DNA from: Xylanibacter ruminicola 23
GTDB lineage: Bacteria; Bacteroidota; Bacteroidia; Bacteroidales; Bacteroidaceae
DNA: 32,000 nt
NCBI RefSeq assembly: GCF_000025925.1
Contig: NC_014033.1
Span: 2,550,001-2,582,000 of the forward strand
Direction: 5' to 3'
Below the pieces are notes generated by a model, which worked only from the letters and a program-made list of their open reading frames with translations, made no database searches and was not told the origin of the DNA. Every line of letters begins with the position of its first letter. Position 1 is the stretch's first letter. This document shows positions 21,524 to 27,917 of the stretch, in pieces. The position numbers and the translations under genes are program-made.

Positions 21524-22405
21524 TCAGGCTCTTGGATGAGCCTCTTTGTAAATTCGCTTCAGCTGCTCAAACGTGGTGTGGGTATAAATCTCGGTTGTGC
21601 TCACACTGGCGTGTCCTAACAAGCTCTTGATTGTTTCCAACCCTGCACCGTTGTTCAGCATGGCAGTGGCAAAGGTGTGCCTAAGCACGTGTGGCGAACG
21701 TTTTTTCAGCGAGGTAACCATCGAAAGATACTTCTTTACGATCTGATAAACCTGACTGTCGGATATCCGTTGCCCCTTGTCACTCAGAAAAAGCGCGCCG
21801 CCGGTTTCGCCGAATTGTTCGTTGCGAGCAGTCTGATACTGCTTGAGCGCCTCGGCCAGCTCTGCCCCGAAGGGCACTATGCGCTGCTTATTCCTTTTTC
21901 CCGTTACTTTCAGTTGTGCCGCATCAAAGTCTACATCCTTATCGTTCAGACTTACAAGTTCCGCACGTCGTAAACCGGCCTCATAGAATAGTAATAATAT
22001 GGTACGCGCACGTACATTATTAAAAGAACTATCCCACTCTATGCCGTCTATCAGGCGGTCCATTTCTCCTTCGCGAAGGAACTGCGGCAGTGGTTTTGAT
22101 TTCTTTGGACCTATCACAGCATGTGCCGGATCGGTCTTAACCAGTTGTCTCTTTAGGGCAAAGCGGTAAAAGGAACGCAGTGCGCTCAATTTCTTATTGA
22201 TTGTTGAGGCAGAGTTTCCTTTATCCATGAGACTCTCCATCCAGTCACGGATCAGATCGGTATCTACCGAACTTATAGAGAGTTCTTTATCCCTAAAAGT
22301 CACATACGACTCAAAATCCCTAAGACTTTCCTCGTATGTCTGCACTGTTAGCGGAGATGTATTCCGCTCGTAGCGCAGGTAGTCCAGAAACTGGTTAATC
22401 ATCAT
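21524..22405 (-). CDS. Tyrosine site-specific recombinase, XerC/XerD-like
   Basis: 293 aa. N-terminal SAM-like core-binding domain (FLDYLRYERNTSPLTVQTYEESLRDF). Catalytic-domain motifs ...ARTILLLFYEAGLRRAEL..., PHVLRHTFATAML, LGHASVSTTEIYTH (R-H-R-Y signature). Confidence 0.9.
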   Translation of the reverse strand: MMINQFLDYLRYERNTSPLTVQTYEESLRDFESYVTFRDKELSISSVDTDLIRDWMESLMDKGNSASTINKKLSALRSFYRFALKRQLVKTDPAHAVIGPKKSKPLPQFLREGEMDRLIDGIEWDSSFNNVRARTILLLFYEAGLRRAELVSLNDKDVDFDAAQLKVTGKRNKQRIVPFGAELAEALKQYQTARNEQFGETGGALFLSDKGQRISDSQVYQIVKKYLSMVTSLKKRSPHVLRHTFATAMLNNGAGLETIKSLLGHASVSTTEIYTHTTFEQLKRIYKEAHPRA

Positions 22406-22480
22406 AAAATCGCAACCTTTAGTATTTGGGTACGAATTTACGGAAATTTCTCGAAACTACCAAATTTTCGGGGAACTTTT

Positions 22481-22672
22481 TTATTCCTCGTTAGCGCGAA
22501 GCTGCTGAACATATACAGCGTGCTCCATCTTAAGGCGCTTCAGTACAGATGGCTTGTCAAACTGCTGACGACGACGCAGCTCCTTTACAACACCTGTCTT
22601 CTCGAACTTTCTCTTGAACTTCTTGAGAGCCTTCTCAATGTTCTCGCCTTCCTTTACTGGTACAATAATCAT
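22481..22672 (-). CDS. rpsU: 30S ribosomal protein S21
   Basis: 63 aa, MIIVPVKEGENIEKALKKFKRKFEKTGVVKELRRRQQFDKPSV is canonical S21. Confidence 0.96.
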   Translation of the reverse strand: MIIVPVKEGENIEKALKKFKRKFEKTGVVKELRRRQQFDKPSVLKRLKMEHAVYVQQLRANEE

Positions 22673-22739
22673 TTGTTTTGCTTTTAATTATTTATGTTAA
22701 ACTTAATGCTTTCGGGCCCAGTGCCTCGAAAAGCGGGTG

Positions 22740-22747
22740 CAAAGTTA
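22740..22747 (-). promoter_or_regulatory. Bacteroidota -7 promoter box (TAACTTTG) for rpsU
   Basis: Plus strand CAAAGTTA equals minus-strand TAACTTTG. Lies about 68 nt upstream of the rpsU ATG. Confidence 0.5.
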
Positions 22748-22829
22748 CTGAATTTTTACAAAACAACCAAGTTTTTATACATTTTTTATCAAATTACACG
22801 CAAAATACTTGATTTTCAACACCATACCT

Positions 22830-24980
22830 CTAGCATTTCTGCCAGAGGTTGGTGTCAATCTTCACAATTTTGCCTTCTTTAACCCAACGGTAAATGATGG
22901 TCTTTACCACACCCGATTCACCATTTGCCAAACGGAGATTCACCAGATCTTCCTTTGAGAACTCCTTAGGCAGAGCATCCAGGTAGCGAATATTACCCTT
23001 TGAGACCTGAGCACTGATGGTGCCATCGCGCAAAGCATCAATCTTATTGCCATAAATCATCAACTGATAATGGAAACAACGCTCAGCATACCAGATGGCA
23101 AACTTAATGGCTCGCTCAGTTTCCTGCCTGCCTTCGAGCAGATAGGCGATGATGCCGGCACGGAAACCATTGAGTGCAGCACGACGACGAAGCACATCGA
23201 TAGAATATCGTAGTGTCTGCAGATACTCCTGACGCTTGCCTTCGTCCCACTCTTCGATGGCCTGATTGATAAGAGGCAAATCCACCTCACCCTCCTCGTC
23301 CATCAAGCATAGGCACTGGCGCTTCACTTTTTCCTCCTCTTCCTTGGTCCACGTCTTAAACTTAGGCATCTTGGCACCTACCATGTCAGGCAGAAGTACA
23401 GGCGTTACTCGGCTAACCAGACCACTCTCGGCATCGGCAAAGAAAGCACGGCACTTATTAGGTGTACCACACATCACCATATTATAATAGAGGGTGACCT
23501 TACCTGAGAACGAATCCTTTGAAATGCGGTGCTGTCCCCAAGGTTTGTTGTCGTAAGCCAATCGAAACAGGTCGTTCTTCTCTGTCCACGCACCTCCCTT
23601 GTTATTCTTCAGAACAGTCTCAATCTCAGGGGCATAGGTAAACAGATGCTTTCCCTTGGCATAGAGAGCTCGCTCTAGGAATGCCGACACACCGATGTTA
23701 GGTTCGATGATACGAATCTGACTGCAGGGATTCTCTACCTCTTCGCCGTTTTTCTTGGCCAGCGAATACTCGATTTCCTTCTGCCACTCCACCTCATCCT
23801 GCTTGATGATGGGATCCATCAGCAGTTCGTACTCAGTATCCACGAACGACTTACCCGTGGCCTGAGGCGCCTCGATATCCACTATAAAACTAGGCGAATT
23901 CAGTTTGCCGTCGCGATATTTGGCCCTGACACTTGTGGCCAATGTGCCAAGCATAGGCATGGCGGCCATCAGGGTAGCCTCGCGGAATTCTTCAGGAGCA
24001 TGATCGGAAAGGTCCTGAAGTATGCCAGGCAATTCCTTATCAACAGGTGCCACAAAAGCTTCGTCGTCACCATCCTGACCAGCTTCAGCTACTGCTCCCA
24101 AGGTGGACAGCACATCCTTCATAATCGAAGGCATATCCGAGGGACGGGTACTGCCCACAGCGCTTTTGATGGTAGAAATCGTCTCATGGTCCGACAGTCC
24201 CCAATGAGGAAGGATTGAGAAAAGCTTCTGCTCGTCGAAATCGCAGATAAAACGCATATAGCGACTCATCGTGTAAAGCGCCATATTACGCTCACCTTCG
24301 GCAGGAGCATCGCCATATCCCAACTTCAGGAGCAATCCCGATACGATGTTCTCATAAGGAATACCCTTGTAGTTCATTGAACATTCAGCATTAACCATTG
24401 AACATTCCTGTTCAGCCGATTTAGCTATCCGGTTGTTCTGAGAGGAATAAGAGGCTTTCTGCTCCTCGGTAAGAGGCTCGAACACCGCAGGATCGAGAAA
24501 CCTCACATACTGCTCACTAACCATAAAACAGCATCGGGCCAGGTCGGTAACATGCGAATCGTAACTTACCCCAAGTCGGGCAGCCAGTTTCTGGATATCC
24601 TCCTCGATGGTAGCCCCAGGTGTACGCCAAGCCCAGATGTGGGTACCACCTCCGGCACTCTCGGCAAAATACGCTATACGGCATTCGTCGATGAGGTTCT
24701 CCGTCCAAACCTTACCCCAGAGTTCCTCAGTTAGTCCCTTCTCATCGATGTCGAGGAAGAAAAGTCCCGAAGGTACAGCATCTTCAGCTTTACGGGTTCC
24801 GTTGGTAAAACACTCTGCAAGAGGCAGCCATACAGGCAGTTCCTTCTTGCGACTCAAATTCTTGTTCTGCTTCACGTCGGCGAGGATTTCCTCTACGTGA
24901 TTCTCCGCCAGCAGCTGACGGTAAGCAGCCATGCTCGCCTTGCGAGGCTTGCCGCTAAAAGATGATGCCATTTGTATCAT
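22830..24980 (-). CDS. Primase-helicase: AEP-type primase (BT4734/VirE-N-like) + PriCT-like + DUF3987-type P-loop domain
   Basis: 716 aa. N-terminal AEP-like motifs: DxD in GLFFLDIDEKG, sGxGxH-like ESAGGGTHIWAW, then DSHVTDLARCCFM. A middle GERNMALYTMSRYMRF resembles primase C-terminal (PriCT) domains. Walker-A-like EAPQATGKSF sits in the C-terminal half. A C-terminal wHTH-like tail follows. Family names are recalled from motifs and not searched. Confidence 0.75.
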   Translation of the reverse strand: MIQMASSFSGKPRKASMAAYRQLLAENHVEEILADVKQNKNLSRKKELPVWLPLAECFTNGTRKAEDAVPSGLFFLDIDEKGLTEELWGKVWTENLIDECRIAYFAESAGGGTHIWAWRTPGATIEEDIQKLAARLGVSYDSHVTDLARCCFMVSEQYVRFLDPAVFEPLTEEQKASYSSQNNRIAKSAEQECSMVNAECSMNYKGIPYENIVSGLLLKLGYGDAPAEGERNMALYTMSRYMRFICDFDEQKLFSILPHWGLSDHETISTIKSAVGSTRPSDMPSIMKDVLSTLGAVAEAGQDGDDEAFVAPVDKELPGILQDLSDHAPEEFREATLMAAMPMLGTLATSVRAKYRDGKLNSPSFIVDIEAPQATGKSFVDTEYELLMDPIIKQDEVEWQKEIEYSLAKKNGEEVENPCSQIRIIEPNIGVSAFLERALYAKGKHLFTYAPEIETVLKNNKGGAWTEKNDLFRLAYDNKPWGQHRISKDSFSGKVTLYYNMVMCGTPNKCRAFFADAESGLVSRVTPVLLPDMVGAKMPKFKTWTKEEEEKVKRQCLCLMDEEGEVDLPLINQAIEEWDEGKRQEYLQTLRYSIDVLRRRAALNGFRAGIIAYLLEGRQETERAIKFAIWYAERCFHYQLMIYGNKIDALRDGTISAQVSKGNIRYLDALPKEFSKEDLVNLRLANGESGVVKTIIYRWVKEGKIVKIDTNLWQKC

Positions 24981-25030
24981 ATCGGCGGCAAAGGTCGCAA
25001 GGGGTTTTGCACCTTCAAAATGGGATAATT

Positions 25031-26500
25031 CTAGCTAATAGTGCAATTATTCTTAGAGTTTGCTAACTGGTTATATTTCTGATAGATAGCACTAAAAACT
25101 TTTTTCAATTTTTCGTCTTCACTACTAAAACCTTCCTGAATATTCTTTCTGAATGTGTCAACATATCGTACCTCAGTAAGCTTTTGGGCTAAATCGCGGT
25201 CGGAATGGGCGCCAAACATTGCACTTTTTTTCATTTCTCCCACCAAATGACAGAAAAAGCGGGCAGTAAACTGATTATTATGCGGACTTTTACGAGTAAC
25301 CTTCAGGTGAGCAAATATGTTTTCATCCTCTATCAACTCCCTCCACATATTTATATAATGGGGCATCCACTTCTCGTCAAGAAGATTGGCGAGTTTATTG
25401 GCAGCATTTATCACAGCCTCGCCTATCTGCTGAACATCGGTGTTTACCAGCTGCTCTTGTCCGAACTTGGTGGTAGGATCCAGTTCGCGGGCAACTTCGC
25501 AAAGCGATGCAAGGTGGAAGATGAAATAGCGAATTTGTTCGTCGCTAAGTTGGGCCTCCTGAAAATCCCGGTCGAACGTCTCGCGATCGGCACTCCATTT
25601 GGCAAACAGTCCACCAGGTACTTGTGCCAGTTCCTGCAACTCTTTGCTGCGCTCGGCAGCCATCACTTCCATCCACGAGCAGCTATCGTTTACCACCCTG
25701 AGTGTATCACGACGTTCTTTCCAATAGGCCTCCCAGGTGTTGCTCTTTCGCACACGTGCCAATTCCTTATCAAGCAGGTTGGCCATTGCCTTGCCTTTAC
25801 TTCGGTTACTCTTCATAATGCTCACAAGCATTCCTGGCAATAGCATCAGAACCAACAGCCAAAGTATCATAACCTGCATATTGTTGGTTAAACCCGTACC
25901 TATCGAATCCATCGCTTGGTGTAATGTTTTAAAATAGGCGGTTGCCAAATCTTTATCCTGCGATGCATCTTTCTCGTTTATACTATTAACAATGGTGGCC
26001 ATCACTATCAAATCTTCTGGCTTAAGATGCTGAGCACAAACATACATAAAGTATTGCAATGGCGAACTTTCAGGCTGTGCGTTCTTAGCCTCTTGAGGTG
26101 GCATAGCAAAATACTGATTCATCATCTGCTGCGAAAGATCCACAAACGATACCGACTTATGCGCTAATGGCTCGCCCAAATAATTACTGGTAAGCGTTAT
26201 TACCGATTTGCGTAAACTGTTGTTGCACACCATCTTATCGATGCGATCCAGATACTCGGAATATAAAAATGCGCAAGGCATCTTATTCAGCTCGACCAAG
26301 GCCGTCATCGTACTCTGCATACGCATGATGGCTGCATAGACTTCAGCCTCAACACAAGTATCCATACCATCAGTCAGTTCCTGTACCAAGCACTCAAGCC
26401 GGTCGGCAGCCACCTGCCAATGACGGCACACCTGAACCGTTAATTGCTCAGTGCGCTCGTCGTCAACAATCTTTTTAATTTCTTCGGTCTTCATACTCAT
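25031..26500 (-). CDS. Hypothetical protein, all-helical with one central TM helix (orphan)
   Basis: The ORF track gives 25031..26518, but that start is a GTG inside the 32-bp palindrome. The first ATG is at 26500 (MSMKTEEIKK...). Single hydrophobic segment MQVMILWLLVLMLLPGMLVSIM near residue 215. I recognise no catalytic motif. The stop is 50 nt upstream of the primase-helicase start, so the two are probably co-transcribed. Confidence 0.65.
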   Translation of the reverse strand: MSMKTEEIKKIVDDERTEQLTVQVCRHWQVAADRLECLVQELTDGMDTCVEAEVYAAIMRMQSTMTALVELNKMPCAFLYSEYLDRIDKMVCNNSLRKSVITLTSNYLGEPLAHKSVSFVDLSQQMMNQYFAMPPQEAKNAQPESSPLQYFMYVCAQHLKPEDLIVMATIVNSINEKDASQDKDLATAYFKTLHQAMDSIGTGLTNNMQVMILWLLVLMLLPGMLVSIMKSNRSKGKAMANLLDKELARVRKSNTWEAYWKERRDTLRVVNDSCSWMEVMAAERSKELQELAQVPGGLFAKWSADRETFDRDFQEAQLSDEQIRYFIFHLASLCEVARELDPTTKFGQEQLVNTDVQQIGEAVINAANKLANLLDEKWMPHYINMWRELIEDENIFAHLKVTRKSPHNNQFTARFFCHLVGEMKKSAMFGAHSDRDLAQKLTEVRYVDTFRKNIQEGFSSEDEKLKKVFSAIYQKYNQLANSKNNCTIS

Positions 26501-26512
26501 TTCATGTTTATC

Positions 26513-26544
26513 GGTCACATGGTCACAGCTGTGACCATGTGACC
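26513..26544. repeat. Perfect 32-bp palindrome GGTCACATGGTCACAGCTGTGACCATGTGACC (copy 1)
   Basis: Verified base by base as its own reverse complement. It is built from four GGTCAC/GTGACC half-sites around a central CAGCTG and abuts the start of the orphan gene. Confidence 0.95.
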
Positions 26545-26633
26545 ATTTTATCCTTTTGATTATTTGTTTTTATTCGTAATTATCTATTTATCAACAAGTT
26601 AGTTACAACAAAACATCACATCTTCCTCACTGC

Positions 26634-26665
26634 GGTCACATGGTCACAGCTGTGACCACGTGACC
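26634..26665. repeat. 32-bp palindrome copy 2 (31/32 identical; GGTCACATGGTCACAGCTGTGACCACGTGACC)
   Basis: Same sequence as 26513-26544 except T to C at 26659. Both copies are preceded by CG and followed by ATT. The centres are 121 bp apart. Confidence 0.95.
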
Positions 26666-26688
26666 ATTACACCGTGAAGTAGTGCAGT

Positions 26689-26839
26689 TGCGAATACTAA
26701 TAGATGAAGGTGCGAATATTAAGCCTAGCAAGTACAAAGCCTAAGGCTAACAGGTACAAAATGCCTGTTTAAATATCGTTTGCCTATACTCAAACGATTG
26801 TGCGCCTATACGCAAACAACCGTTCGACTATACCCAATT
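26689..26839. repeat. Iteron-like array: three families of short direct repeats, each spaced exactly 22 bp
   Basis: TGCGAATAYTAA at 26689 and 26711. CTARCARGTACAAA at 26725 and 26747. GCCTATACNCAAAC at 26782 and 26804, plus a degenerate GACTATACCCAATT at 26826. Confidence 0.85.
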
Positions 26840-26870
26840 TCAATCGCACTCCAGCACCATCGTCATCTAT

Positions 26871-27491
26871 TTATATCTCTGTATAGATGTGCTCCTTGCC
26901 ACGTGGTGTCATCAGCAGTTTAGGATTGTCACCCTTAGTCCACTCCTGCAGTTGTTTACGGGCCGAATAGATTGTGAGCCCCGTAATTTGAGCAAACATG
27001 CTGGCTGTAATATAGCCGTTACGCTGCAAACAGTCACGCATCGTCAGCTCCAGTTTATCCTTATCGGCCAGTATCTCCTTGGTGTCAGGGTTATGATAGC
27101 GGCGGAATCCGTCGAGCCACTTCATAATCTCCCTTTCCCAAAACTTGCCAGGGTTATACTCCACGCCCTCAAGCCTTACATCGCGATCTTTCACCTGGTC
27201 GGCATCAGTCAACTGTTTGGCCAGCGACAACTTTGGTGCAAACGAACCTATCGGCGTATCAATGCGATAGCCCTCGGCCAGGAATCTACCCGCCACACGC
27301 ACAAAAGCATCCATCACCCTACTCAGTTCGCCATACCGCAGGTAGTTCATCCGCTCGCAGTAGTCCTCGAGCTGCTTCATGTTCAGCTTCATTCCACTTT
27401 TGGGACGGACATATACTATGTTTTGTCCATCTTCGCCCTTTACTGGGGTTCGATGAACCTCATACCACATTCCACTTTCTTTTCTAGGCAT
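26871..27491 (-). CDS. HU-like (Bacteroidales histone-like, HU_HIG-type) DNA-binding protein with C-terminal wHTH-like region
   Basis: ORF 26871..27551 trimmed to the ATG at 27491 (MPRKESGMWYEVHRTPVKGEDGQNIVYVRPKS...), which sits 27 nt downstream of a TAnnTTTG box. The N-terminal pattern (YxVHR.PVK..DG....YVRP ... G.RIDTPIGSF) resembles the Bacteroides putative HU-type DNA-binding proteins. The C-terminus NGYITASMFAQITGLTIYSARKQLQEW looks like an HTH. Confidence 0.7.
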   Translation of the reverse strand: MPRKESGMWYEVHRTPVKGEDGQNIVYVRPKSGMKLNMKQLEDYCERMNYLRYGELSRVMDAFVRVAGRFLAEGYRIDTPIGSFAPKLSLAKQLTDADQVKDRDVRLEGVEYNPGKFWEREIMKWLDGFRRYHNPDTKEILADKDKLELTMRDCLQRNGYITASMFAQITGLTIYSARKQLQEWTKGDNPKLLMTPRGKEHIYTEI

Positions 27492-27517
27492 ATACTTTAG
27501 CTTTTTAGTATCTGCTG

Positions 27518-27525
27518 CAAAGGTA
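27518..27525 (-). promoter_or_regulatory. Bacteroidota -7 promoter box (TACCTTTG) for the HU-like gene
   Basis: Plus strand CAAAGGTA equals minus-strand TACCTTTG. Located between the terminator at 27566-27606 and the ATG at 27491. Confidence 0.5.
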
Positions 27526-27565
27526 CACTTTTTATTGTATTTTACCAACAATCCACCTTATTTTT

Positions 27566-27606
27566 TTATAAAAAAGCGGCACCTCGCAGTGATTGAGGTG
27601 CCGCTT
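27566..27606 (-). terminator. Rho-independent terminator after the MNT gene (potentially bidirectional)
   Basis: Perfect 12-bp stem AAGCGGCACCTC / GAGGTGCCGCTT with a 9-nt loop. On the minus strand it is followed by TTTTTTATAAAAAAA. An A/T tract is also present on the other side. Confidence 0.8.
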
Positions 27607-27611
27607 ATGAT

Positions 27612-27917
27612 CTATGCTGCTTCGTAAAATATCTGCCCTACTCTATCGATATGGTCGCCTATTGGTGTACCTTTCTTTTTATTGTAATCAAGCAGATCGA
27701 TGGAGTACAGGAGTTCCAAATCATCAATCTCGCACAGAATGGTTAGTATCTGATTATAATCAACACCTTCGCCAATCACAGCCAGATCGATATCTGAACC
27801 TTCACGATAAGTTCCTTTCGACCGAGAGCCGAAAATCAGAACTTTCTTGATGTTCGCATGCCGACGAAACACATCTTGCAGTTCCTTAATAACAGTATCG
27901 CTTAGTCCAAATTTCAT
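27612..27917 (-). CDS. Minimal nucleotidyltransferase (MNT, HI0073-like), putative antitoxin
   Basis: 101 aa. Pol-beta-type NTase signature GSRSKGTYREGSDIDLAV (G-S-x9-11-D-x-D). Overlaps the upstream HEPN gene by 4 nt (ATGA). Confidence 0.85.
   Translation of the reverse strand: MKFGLSDTVIKELQDVFRRHANIKKVLIFGSRSKGTYREGSDIDLAVIGEGVDYNQILTILCEIDDLELLYSIDLLDYNKKKGTPIGDHIDRVGQIFYEAA

Noticed and set aside
21524-22405. XerC-like tyrosine recombinase considered as the integrase of the 22.8-28.4 kb module.
   Set aside because: It is separated from the module by rpsU and its promoter. It sits in an rpsU-recombinase-hpf-tRNA-tuf arrangement that I recall as conserved across Bacteroidota, so it is probably a housekeeping Xer-type enzyme. 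Comparative genomics should confirm this.
25205-25843. 212-aa plus-strand ORF inside the orphan gene.
   Set aside because: It is antisense to the much longer 495-aa frame, which has operon continuity with the primase-helicase. It has no promoter box or recognisable motif. I kept the minus-strand call, though neither has homology support from me.
26704-26769. 21-codon plus-strand micro-ORF (MKVRILSLASTKPKANRYKMPV) within the repeat block.
   Set aside because: It is too short and has no promoter box in the right position. Its sequence is simply the repeats read in frame.
26689-26842. Regularly spaced repeats considered as a CRISPR array.
   Set aside because: The repeat units are only 12-14 bp, the period is 22 bp, and the repeat sequence changes along the array. 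There are no cas genes. This is not CRISPR architecture.
26889-27500. 203-aa plus-strand ORF overlapping the HU-like gene.
   Set aside because: The minus-strand frame has HU-like and HTH-like sequence, a TAnnTTTG box 27 nt upstream of its ATG and a terminator upstream of that. The plus-strand translation is Leu/His/Gln-rich with no features.
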